A stretch of 64,000 nt of DNA from Octopus vulgaris (Eukaryota). The stretch covers positions 91,884,001-91,948,000 of the forward strand of contig OX597819.1 of NCBI GenBank assembly GCA_951406725.2. The letters run 5' to 3'. This document shows, piece by piece, positions 17,352-28,891 of the stretch. Each line of letters starts with the position of its first letter. The first letter of the stretch is position 1. The notes under the pieces were generated by a model. It did no database searches. It was not told where the DNA came from and saw nothing but the letters and a program-made list of their open reading frames with translations. A program made the translations under genes and the position numbers.

Positions 17352-17443
17352 CTTGAAAGACTTCACCAGGTGGTGCTATTAAGTTAGACATGGCCTGGGC
17401 CAATAATGGCCGAAACCTATCAAAGTATCAAAGTATCAAAGTA
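14459..17443 (+). mobile_element. CR1-group (CR1/L2-related) non-LTR retrotransposon, 5'-truncated but with nearly complete ORF2
   Basis: APE endonuclease motifs (LTETHL, GGTAIF, GLYRPP, MGDFNLP, LDLVF, SDH) are followed by RT motifs (YRPISLTS, QHGFR, YLDFSKAFD, GVPQGTVLGP, FADD) and a C-terminal LYSLQRRRERY. A short 3' UTR ends in (TATCAAAG)3. (TA)n flanks both sides. Confidence 0.95.
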
Positions 17444-17951
17444 TATATATATATATATATGTCTGTATGTATGCATTTGTGTATGTATTTATATATTAAT
17501 TTGCAATTATCAGAATTTTAATTATTTTTGTATCTGTCTATCTATCTCTTCCTCTCTCTATATCCCTCTATTTCTGATTCTGTGTATCTGTAATACTATT
17601 AATTTATATTTTCAAAATAATGATAATATTATCATCATGAATAATTTTCATAATAATAATAATCATAATAATAATAACAATAATAATAATAATAAGATTA
17701 CCCTAGTAAATATTTATCAGAACAGCGTTCCATTTGTGATTATATTATCAGGTGATGTAGTAATTCCCGCTACCGTAGCATGCTTTTCAGAGAATGTTAT
17801 ATGTGACCAGATTTTTTTTTATTTGAAATGAGCAATGATTCGCTTATCTTATAACTCCAGAAGGATTTGAATGTCTGTTGATTCAATACACACAACTCGT
17901 ACACTAAATCATTAATATTATTATTATTATTATTATTGTTATTATTATTAC

Positions 17952-18000
<49 letters not shown>

Positions 18001-18013
18001 GTTGTTATTATTT

Positions 18014-18228
18014 AAGGTGTCGAGCTGGCAGAACCGTTAGCCCACTGGACGAAATGCTTAGCGGTATATCGTCCTTCGCTACGTTCTGAGTTCAAATTCC
18101 GCCGAGATCGACTTTGCCTTTCATCCTTACGGGATCTATAAATTAAGTACCAGCGAAACATTGGAGTCGATGTAATCGACTAGTTCCCCCCCAAACAAAT
18201 TTCAGGCTTTGTGCCTATAGTAGAAATG
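18014..18228 (+). mobile_element. Family B SINE (other copies 24716-25132 minus x2, 33972-34183, 45924-46135, 61950-62132, degraded 3145-3520)
   Basis: Shared head and central block. This copy sits between (ATT)n tracts. Confidence 0.85.
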
Positions 18229-18232
18229 ATTG

Positions 18233-18273
<41 letters not shown>

Positions 18274-18280
18274 GTCATCA

Positions 18281-18341
<61 letters not shown>

Positions 18342-18865
18342 TATTATTATTGTCATCATACTTATCTTTAATATAATCTTACAACTTATTTGGTAGATGC
18401 TTTAATCCTTTCATTTCCTGCATTATGTAGAGAAAGTAGTATATCCTGCAATACATGCATTCTGGAAATTGTCATCAAAATTATATATTAATATTTACAT
18501 ATACCTATACTCTTGCTTCAAAGACGTTTCCAATGTTATATTGTATTATTATAAGCAATCAACCGATCTCTTTACAGAAGTAATTGTGTTTCATTCCAGT
18601 TATACCAAATACGAATGGATTGACAGGCAATTTTTTTCATGCAATAATGATTTTGATCCGATGATAAAAAAGTTAAAATTTTATGTGATGATTTAATGTA
18701 ATGTTTAATAATTTTAAACTCGCCATGCACTATATGATGCACCTGATATTGTTATTTCAATTATTTTAAAACTATTATCATTTTTGCCATAAAATTATAA
18801 CATAAAAAATTTCCATGACACAATTTTGTATTATATTTAATACAAATTTGTATTATTATTACTAA

Positions 18866-18917
<52 letters not shown>

Positions 18918-19649
18918 GTTGTTGTTGTTGTTGTTGTTGTTGTTATTGTTTTTTTGTTGTTGTTCTTGTTGTTGCAGCTAGCTCAAGTTTTGTATATGTA
19001 CTGCAGGGCAGCTTAGAGCAATCCTCAATATCATTGTTGCAAATGTTTACCGTAAAAGTCTCTGTATAACATGCTTCCACGTATTAGACGCATTCCGAAT
19101 TTTAGTCCGTAATCCTCTTAAAAGCCAATGATACCAATATATAATACGGAACGTTGCACAACTCCTACAAGAGTAGATAGTTTTTGTTATATTTCATTTC
19201 ATATAAATTGTATTGAAAAGTGTGAGGGAGCGTGACCTATGGTTAGGGTGTTGATTCGAATACATCCGAATCACTTATGTTATTATAGGTGCAAGCTGTT
19301 TGCGGTGCAGTGGTCGAATTGGCACATACGTTTCTTGGCGACGTGAAAAAAATAACTTAAACAACAGCCGCGAACGTTTAGCTAAAGTTTTTGTTGACGC
19401 ACATAAAATTAATCTGTGTTGGCCATATATAGTTAAGAGCACCAATAATTACAAACTAGGAGAGAGGTATTGCTTTGAGATTAAAGGCAGACATCGGTAC
19501 GGCAACATGCGGTCGGCCTATAATATATGAAATCAACTATGCTATCTTCGTGGTGGCAGAGATCGTTGATCGTTGGTCGTCTGTCCTAGGTGACAAAGGT
19601 GTTAGCCGTCAACGTAAATGCCTAGGAACGTTAGAGTGTCAAGACTGGA

Positions 19650-19906
19650 GGTAAATGTAAAGTTACCTTCTCGAGTCGCACCGACTCATAAGGGCTGGTT
19701 TCCCGGATTTATGGCCTAATATATTCTCCACCTCGATGGGACGCTGGTCCGTCGCAGGATTATTCATTTTTGCCAGCTGAGTGGACTGGAGCAATGTGAA
19801 ATGAAGTGTTTTGCTCAAGAACACAACGCGTCGCCCGGCCCAGGAATCGAAACCACAATCTTACGATCATGAGTTCAACACCCTAAACACTAAGTCACGC
19901 GCCTCC
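19650..19906 (-). mobile_element. SINE family C with a different 3' tail (related heads at 8413-8530, 23350-23650, 44490-44580)
   Basis: Head near identical to 56600-56736, tail ...cgagaaggtaactttacatttacc. Confidence 0.8.
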
Positions 19907-20342
19907 ACAAAGGATTGAGGTGCATGTTGCTCAACCTCCTTCAACAATCTGGGAAGAAACAGATTTTTTTTTTATAGGTAACAAGAACATTCTACAAGAC
20001 AGCATCACGCCACGGCTTCACGTTGATTGGTTGCTTAATAGACCGATCATGTGAAATTGTGATGCTTTGCTCATGGTATCTGACCATTTATCTAGCGATT
20101 CGGCTTCGAATCGGCACAGTGATCAAAATGATTAAATTTTTTCCCCCAATATTTTGATTTTCTATACTAAAAAATTACTGGATACAAACTTTGTCTCCCT
20201 AATGACATTTATTTATTTGCATCTCTAATTGTAATCATGATTTTCTGAGGAAAATGATGCGCATTATACATGGATCTTTACGGTGTATCTGAAGTTATTT
20301 CTGTGTTTTGAAAAAAATGTTTATAGAATGTTGCGAATTATT

Positions 20343-20435
<93 letters not shown>

Positions 20436-20474
20436 ATGTGAGTCAGAATTACACTTTTATAAGAGGATAGGGTG

Positions 20475-20518
20475 ACAGTAACTTCGAAGTTTCGGCCTGC
20501 TAGCCTTCGTCAGGCTGT
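20475..20518 (-). ncRNA. Degenerate minimal hammerhead motif
   Basis: Minus strand: ACAGC-CUGACGA-A-GGCU agca GGCC-GAAACUUCGAAGUU-ACUGU. There is one mismatch at the base of stem I, and stem III is palindromic. Confidence 0.6.
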
Positions 20519-21125
20519 AGGCTGTCAGTCTAAAATTTCGAAGGGACTGTCACCTGATGTTCTCATAACTGTATTATAAATTATATAATGTACAAACACC
20601 ATTGAGAAATTCTTCAGTGTAATATTATATTGTTTTCATTATAAGTCGACATTAAACAAACAGCAATAGATATACATACGGTTGATCAAAAGTAATATAC
20701 AGTTGCTGAATATGAGTGGAATATCCTTTTCATTTCTCCAGTTTCTTTCGAAAGAAAACAAAATATTTCACTCATATTAAGCGACTACATACCTACATAC
20801 TTAGTTTGGTTACTCCTGTATATATATATATATTAAAAGTAATGTAATAATACATTACGGAGGATATATCATAATCAATTAATAATTATTTACGAATATA
20901 TCGATGGCCAAAAATGTTTTCATAAAATCCATAGAAGAGTGTTTATAATTATGAATACGTTACAATTATAGCTAAGAGGGTTTCCAAAACCCTTACATGT
21001 TTAAAAAATAGTAGTCAAAACACACTATAAATCCACTATTATCACTCATATTATATCCCCTCAAAATAAATGCTGTCTGCGGGCGACATGACATATAGAA
21101 TCCACAACTTAAGAATAAAAGGTTA

Positions 21126-21189
21126 ATTCTCTATTGCAATTTCGACGTTAGGAACATATTAAGGACCCCGTTCGTCTCTTCAGGAGAAT
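21126..21189 (-). ncRNA. Type I hammerhead ribozyme motif (Penelope-like, palindromic stem III)
   Basis: Minus strand: AUUCUC-CUGAAGA-GACG..CGUC-GAA-AUUGCAAU-A-GAGAAU. Stem I is 6 bp, stem II is closed by G-C, all core nucleotides are canonical, and the cleavage triplet is AUA. Confidence 0.8.
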
Positions 21190-21327
21190 ATTCTTATAAA
21201 TAGAAATTGATACAAGATCTTAACATGGGGCTTACATGTATCACGACCGGCAAGAATAATGTATCAACTTCTATCTACACATTCAAATTCTGAATGCAAA
21301 CGTCATGAGATATGGGTGATACTAGTG

Positions 21328-21407
<80 letters not shown>

Positions 21408-22513
21408 AAATAACTAATAAGGATGCCCAAGTATCAGTGCATTGCGGCCGTTTCAAGCGGCTCCATTTAATCGATCAATGAAAACATAAAGAATAAGCCA
21501 TTTTTTTTTAGCTCAACTACCAACCAAAATAATTACATTGTTTTCCTTACGATTTCTGTGGCAGAATGAATTTAGTGAATAATGTAGACCTGTAGTATAC
21601 TATGTTTTGCTTTTTATTCACCTAACTTTGAGGTACGAAAAATTGACCGAACTGTCTTGGTGCCTCAATTTAAGTACCTAATTCTACTGAATCTCAATTA
21701 TATATATATATATATATACTAAAAAATAATATATATATTTTATATGCAAATTTTTTTTCACTGTACTTGTTTAAGTACGAAAATATTATCATTTTGTTGT
21801 TGCTGGTAATGCTTTAATCTAGTTTAGATCATTTTTATCCTAGCAAAAGATTGAACTCTTACTTCATGTAAGAGACGTTATCCCAGGAAAGTCTGTTCAT
21901 TGAATTAATTAGAATTGACAGAGCAAATTTTATTTATAGAATATGTAATAGGATATTTTGATGAAAAATTAGTCGCTGTACTGTTCAGCGATATATTAAC
22001 TTTCTTGTCTCATCATATTCCACAACCTTACAGAGAACAAGCTTTCATTTCAATTAGCTAAAATACTCTGCAAAATTTTAAATTGCTGTGTGCTTAGTAC
22101 ACATTTGCAATTTTAGTAACTCGGAATAACATTACTTGATGTGTAATGAAATATTTTTTTGAACTCAATATCATCGTCAAAATTTTGGAACAGAATTTAG
22201 ATTGATGAAACGAAATACTGCAATCAATCCGGCGCTTTAAAAAGAAATCTGCTAATTCCGTTCATCATGTCACTAAATAAATCATGCAGAATTTCTGAAT
22301 GACTGATATATTGAGAGCATTATAGATATTATACGAATTATATACATTATATGCATTGCATAGTTTATGCATTATGCATAATCGTAAGAGTTATACATCA
22401 AACTGTATAGCTTTTACAAATGCTTTTATATGTAATCTTGAGTGTGTATATATATATATATTTACACACACAGAGACTCACACACATTATACCCACATTC
22501 CTATATATATATA

Positions 22514-22682
22514 GACACAGGTGTGGCTGTGTGGTAAATAGCTTGCTTACCAACCACATTGTTCCGGGTTCAGTCCGTCCTCCTGCGTGGCACCTTGGGC
22601 AAGTGTCTTCTACTTTCGCCTCGGGCCGACCAAAGCCTTGTGAGCGGATTTGGTAGACGGAAAATGAAAAAAGCCCGTCGTA
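22514..22682 (+). mobile_element. SINE family A 5' half (other fragments ~29205-29490, 32145-32760, 34255-34620, 35005-35180, 41230-41420, 53380-53510, 58410-58630)
   Basis: Visual match to the 55190 copy. Confidence 0.8.
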
Positions 22683-23651
22683 TATATATATATATATATA
22701 AGGTGGCAATTCGTAATTTAGAACCGAAAGGCGGAAAAGTATATTCGTCACTAAAGTGACTGAGGGTGCTAGTCAGCACCAGCATTGCTAGAAATAAAAG
22801 TCCTGTATGTATGTATGTATATATATATATGAATGTGTGTGTAGTAAAAATATTTTTACAGACATAGGTGTGAACAATAACCTAAAGATGGACTCAGTAT
22901 AAAGTTGGATAGATGTCAATGAAATCTTATATTTACATACGTATTTGTGTGTGTGTTGTGGAGAGTAAGAGGAAAGGAGAGAGAGAAAAAGAGAGAGATA
23001 CAAAAACAGACATAGAAATATGTTAGAAAGAAAGAAAGGAAGATAGTACAGAAAATTAGATATTCAGACCTAGTATCCGGTGGCATGCAAAAACACAGTG
23101 AAATACGTATTTATTTTTATTAAAGCATTTCTCTAGGAGGAGGTAACTCTTTTATGAGAGCTTTTAACATTCGTTAAAATTGCCTTTCATCTCAATTACT
23201 TTGATAATGAGGGATGGTGTAATGTTGTGCAAGCTGTCTCAGACAGAATGGTGAAACAGTGCATAAATGGACGCATAACTAACCAATTATACTGTTTACT
23301 TATACTATCATACACACATACACGCAGACACATAAAAAAACACTTATATCTGAGGTGGTAGTGAGTTCGATTCTCGGGCCGGGCTGTGTTGTGTTCTTGA
23401 GCAAGACACTTTATTAATCAGCTGTAGAAATGAGTTACTTGTCACTGGTGTCACGCTGTATCAGCCATTGCCTTTGGATTTCCTTTGGATAACATCGGTG
23501 GCGTGGAGAGGGGAGGCTGGTATGAATGGTCGACTGTCAGTCTTCCATAAGCAACCTTACTCGGACTTGTGCCTCGTGGTGGTGGTGGTGGGAGGTTAAC
23601 TTTCTAGGTGCAATTCCATGGTCATTCACGACTGATGGGTGGGTTGGGAGT

Positions 23652-23691
<40 letters not shown>

Positions 23692-24033
23692 AAACACATG
23701 TATGTCAAATACCACACAACACAAATTCTTGATTGACTTAAATTATCTCCGCTTCCAGATGATGTTTCATAGTTACCACCGCTTAAGAAGTAGAGACAAT
23801 TTCAAGAATCATGATTCTCCAAAACTGCTGTGCCATTAAGGAAAAGGACTGATTCGTTGCCTGGCGATGAGATGATGGTTGTGATCATGCGTTTCTTGTT
23901 CAGTAACCATCATCAGCGCGCCAATCATACGACCTTATCTGCAGTAGCTAAAGTACAAAGACTTATGCAAATAACCCGAAATGGCCAGTGAAACTGACCA
24001 CTTTGAGTTATTTCCCTTAGCTTAATTTTGCTT

Positions 24034-24090
<57 letters not shown>

Positions 24091-24131
24091 CAATAAATGG
24101 TGGGGTTGTGTTCACTGCACGTGGAGAAATG

Positions 24132-24276
24132 ATAGGCAAGGAAAAATTATAAAAAGGCAGAATGCTAAATAAAATGGAAAATTAAAAAAAAAAAAAAAAA
24201 ATTTCCATACACCCATTTTCATTAAAATTTACCTTCAATTTAGCATTCTGCCTTTTTATAATTTTTCCTTGCCTAT
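24132..24276. repeat. Perfect 39-bp inverted repeat
   Basis: ataggcaaggaaaaattataaaaaggcagaatgctaaat (24132-24170) is the exact reverse complement of 24238-24276. Confidence 0.9.
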
Positions 24277-24336
24277 ATATATATATAAACAACTTACTGT
24301 GAATAAAACCAAGGGTGCGTTGCGTTCTGTTAATTA

Positions 24337-24640
24337 ATAAGTTAAAAACGTATAGAATATGCACAAACGAAAAACAAACACAAAATGGCAAGTTAAAAAA
24401 AAATGGTAAATGGCACAGACGACCAGAAAACAGACAAAGACGGCCCCCAACTCATCAGTTATCGGCCAATGATTGTTAAAGGCACGAAATTGCGTTTGAC
24501 TCACTGGCCGATAACTGGTGAGGAGTTGGGAATCTTCTGCATCTATTTTCCGTTCATCTATGCATTTACCATATGTTTTTAAACGTACCATTCTGTGTCT
24601 GTTTTTCGTTTGTGAATTTACTATACGGTTTTAAACTTAT
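24337..24640. repeat. ~300-bp fold-back element with nested inverted repeats
   Basis: Outer arms 24337-24411 / 24563-24640. Inner arms ccaactcatcagttatcggcca / tggccgataactggtgaggagttgg. Confidence 0.8.
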
Positions 24641-25315
24641 ATATATATATATAAATGTTGTATAAAGCTATAGTATTCATACTATTTGAATAATACTGAT
24701 ATATATTGGTTTTAAATTTTGACAATAACCAGCAGTTTCAGGGGAGGAAGCTAATCGATTACATGAACCACAGTGTTCAACTCGTAATTATTTTATTGAT
24801 CCCTGAAAAGATGAAAGGCAAAGTCATCCTTGGTAGAATTTGAACTCAGAACGTCAAGACGGACGAAATTCCGCTGAACATTTTGTCCGGAGTGCCTCGC
24901 CTTAGTAACATTATAAATATTCCTCTCTACTAAGATCTAAGGCCTGAAATTTTCGGGGACGGGTCAAATCGATTACATCGAGCTCAGTACTCAACTGGTA
25001 CTTATTTTATCGACCCTGAAAGGATGAAAGGCAAAGTCGACACCGACGGTATTTGAACTCAGAAAGTAAGGAAACAAAATACCGCTAAACATTTTGCCCG
25101 GCGAGCATACGATTCTACCAGTTCACTGCCTTAATAACATTATAAATAGTGATAAATATTTGGGATTATATACACATTGTGTACATGGATGAGAAATACA
25201 TAAGGAATTTCTGACTTCAAAATAATTATTTCTTTTTCCATTTTCCTTTCTTTCTTTCTACTTTAAAAAAAATATTCATTTATCTTTCGCCCTCCTTACA
25301 TCATTTCCCCCCCTT

Positions 25316-25690
25316 TTGTCTATCTCTCTTTTTGTCTGTCCGTCCATCTGTCCTTGTCTGTCTGTTTTTCAACATGCACCACCCTGTCCCCTGCCTGTAT
25401 GTTTGTCCGTCTGTTTGTCTGTCTGTCAGTGTGGCCGTCTCTTCGTCCGTCTGTTTGTCTGTCTGTCAGTCTGGCCGTCTCTTCGTCCGTCCGCCCTTCT
25501 GCCCCTTCGTTCGTCTGTCCATCTATCTTTCCATTTGTCTGTCTGTCTGTAGGGACGTCTGCCCGTCTATCTATCTGTCAGCACATCTGTTCGCTGACTG
25601 TCCTTACGTTTATCTGCCTATCCGTCCGTTTCTCCGCCCGTCATACCATCCGTCCCCCCGTCCGTCCGTCCATCTGCTTGTCTGTGGTTA
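25316..25690. repeat. Degenerate (GTCT/GTCC)n field with a 40-bp tandem duplication
   Basis: gtccgtctgtttgtctgtctgtcagt[g/c]tggccgtctcttc occurs twice from ~25405. Confidence 0.85.
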
Positions 25691-26057
25691 TTTTTTTTAC
25701 TCATTTCCTCATTCCATTAACTTACCGTCTTATTCCTCCTTCTTAAACATTACGTGCAATCTTTGTTTCTTATTTTTAATTAGTTTTCCGTCCATTTTCT
25801 CTCTTCCTCGATTTTTTCGCTTCTTCATCTAATACCTCTTTATTACTTCCTTCATTCTTCTTTAACTTACCTTTGTCTTCATTCTTTTCTCATCCAGCGT
25901 TAGCGTCTTATTTTTCTTTCTTCCGAATACCTCGCTATATCTGTTTTGAGAACAAATTAAGTAATTTCACAATTTCACCATTTTCTCTTGGTTCATGTAA
26001 TCATCATTTTATCAGTTCATCTGTTAAGCGGTTACGAATCTTAAAATAATAATAACA

Positions 26058-26284
26058 ACTGAGAAGCTTGGAATTACTTTCAGAACGGAAACTGTTGCAG
26101 AAAACAGTCTGGTTAGGAAAGGCAAGAATCTTAAGGAGGGTGTTAGAAACTTGAAGAATGAATGACCCAAAGAACCTTTGGCCATTGGATATGGCTCGGT
26201 CTTTCGGTATAGTGTTGGTATAACATCTGCCTGAACAAAAGCATCAACAATAATAATAATAATAATAATAATAATGATAATAAT
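26058..26284 (+). mobile_element. 3' remnant of an R4/Dong-clade LINE in a TAA microsatellite
   Basis: 26092-26154 reads LLQKTVWLGKARILRRVLET*, matching the Dong/R4 C-terminal QK..LLGTARILRKVL motif. It has an (AAT)n tail and aataataataac upstream. Confidence 0.75.
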
Positions 26285-26812
26285 ATGTGTGTATGAATAT
26301 ATGAACTCATGTACGTGCATAAGTATGCACGATTTATATATATATATACATATACATATACATGAACATATATGTATACATACATACATATAAATATATA
26401 TAAATATATATATATATATATCTATATATATATATGTGTGTGTGTGTGTACACGTATGTATACACATAGATATATATATATATGTGTGTGTGTACACATA
26501 TGTATACATACATACATAGATACATACATATACATGTGTGTGTTTTGTGTGTAGCCCTGATTTTTCGGAGTCTACGTTTGTCTCATGAGATTACGAACTT
26601 GCACCTGCTATGTTCTATTCCATAGGGCAAGCCTTAGCAATTCTTCAAAGACCACCGGTTGCGCATGCAACCAAGTCGCCTTTAGACTGCTTGTGTTGCT
26701 TGAACGAAAGATAGCAGTGTCAGTTTAGGCAGGTGTTGCCGTCAGAACGCGATAATCTCGTGGTTCTACCACAACTCATCTAGTTCGATGTTATAACCAT
26801 TCTGCTAATTCA

Positions 26813-27050
26813 AAGCGGTGAGCTGGCAGAAACGTTGGCACGCCAGCCGAAATGCTTAGCAGTATTTCGTCTGCCGTTACGTCCTGAGTTCAAATTCCGC
26901 CGAGGTCGACTTTGCCTTTCATCCTTCCGGGGTCGATAAATTAAGTACCAGTTACGCACTGGGGTTGATATAATCGACTTAATCCGTTTGTCTGTCCTTG
27001 TTTGTCCTCTCTGTGTTTAGCCTCTTGTGGATAGTAAAGAAATAGGTATT
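26813..27050 (+). mobile_element. SINE family B (young subfamily with ...gtaaagaaata end)
   Basis: Head gcggtgagctggcagaaacg, B box gagttcaaattcc, central gactttgcctttcatccttccggggtcgataaa block (Nin/Deu-like by recollection). Confidence 0.85.
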
Positions 27051-27107
27051 ATATCCACTGACGTGGAAAGGATGAAGTGCAATGCTGAAATGCAATGCAG
27101 AATAACT

Positions 27108-27159
<52 letters not shown>

Positions 27160-28123
27160 GAAGGAAAGAGAGAGAGAGAGATAATCTGGATTCAGAGCTG
27201 TCACTACTCCCTCCTGCACACGTACAGAATAAGCATCAGGTAATGAGGGTGAGTGGGCAGAACGTAATGCAGTCCATACTCCTTCCAACATACATACATA
27301 CAATTTGAATAAACTTGCACAGAAACCTAGAAATAATCGGTTTCACGGAGAAAGAGCAAAAGAGGCTGGGGCGAATTATGTTAGTCGCACAGTGAAGATG
27401 TGTAAGACATTCCAAAAATTCTCCATCTGAAATTTTTTTTATGAGAATAAATGTGAATAGATATTTACAAACTCCAAGAACTCCTTTAACTAAGATAAGT
27501 CTTGTCGCTTGTTAGCTTGAACTCTCTCTCGAGAACTTAAATTAAACTCAAAGAAAAATAATGCATGCATGCATACATACATACATGTAGATAAAATAAC
27601 CATCAGGAAATGAGAGGACAAAGAGCCAGAAGAGGTGCCGCAAGGTATTCTATTCGACGCTCTCACGATTCTGCCCGTCCATCGCTTTTGCATGATTATA
27701 TCCTTAACTCAGAGACTCTTTTGCCAATGTCTGTAAAGATGGCGGTCAATATATCGAATGAACAATCGCAAGTATATAATACATATATAAACATATGTAC
27801 ATACATAATACGTGCGTACGTACGTATATACATTCATACATACATACATACATACATACTTACATACATACAGGAAACGTACCAAATCGTTGGAACAGAA
27901 TATGGTTGACCTTGAATTTTTGGGGAGAGAATGCAACTCCTTCACTCATTCACTACAAATGATCACGATATCTAGGATTATTAAAATCTGCATTACTTTT
28001 TAAAGATTTAAATTGTGATAAACAGAACAAGATGCCTTCCTTCACAACCTTGCTACCAAACAGGTGGCCAGTCAAAATTAACTCTAAATTAAAAAATGAA
28101 AGAGACACCACATACAAAAGCAC

Positions 28124-28182
<59 letters not shown>

Positions 28183-28769
28183 CATATATTAACTTCAATA
28201 CGATAATCAATTGTATTTATCATGTTAAAATAGTCACCTAACATTTAACACGACATATTAATTAGAATGACGTGATTTCAAGCTATTCGTCAACAAGTTA
28301 CACTTTACGTGGTGATAAATAATTGCGTAAAAGACAAGTAGAAGTCATGGACAATATTTTTGTAATTCTACTCTATAACAATCATCAATATATTGTTTAC
28401 ATTCAACCTAGCGAGATCACAAAATATCTCTTGATATGCTCTAGAAAAATAACTAAAAAAAAAACAATGATTAATCTTCGATTGTATGTTGACTTTAAAC
28501 CGTCGCCTAGGAAGGAGATGGAACAAAACATTATTCAGGTGAATTCTACAGAGATTAATAGTTAATCAGGCTAGAAATTCAGGACATTAACTTATAACGA
28601 CTTTAACCATCTCAAGTTTACTTCACAGGCTTTCAGAGATATTTTCCTTATTTGGAAATTAGTTCATTAAAAGACTTGGGGATTTCACATACGAAGTAAT
28701 GTACTTTGTTGCCACTATCGTTATGTACTTCACTTTTTGTAGAGTAATTCAAGGGCAAATAGAGACCCG

Positions 28770-28891
28770 CAACACATTCTAAATGGCACTCCTAATGGAA
28801 AATTACCTTGAATTTTCTTTTGTAGTACTGCCCGCTAGATGATGGACCATGTCATTTGCGGCCCGCTTCTCGAAAAAGTTACCCGCGCCTG
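28770..28891. mobile_element. Possible hAT-type terminal fragment
   Basis: tgcggcccgc...aaaaagttacccgcgcctg resembles hAT/Charlie-type subterminal motif plus TIR. The partner end was not identified. Confidence 0.35.

Noticed and set aside
17389-17417. Hammerhead in the LINE 3' UTR (stem-loop + GAAAC)
   Set aside because: The CUGANGA core is absent. It is better explained as the RT-recognition stem-loop.
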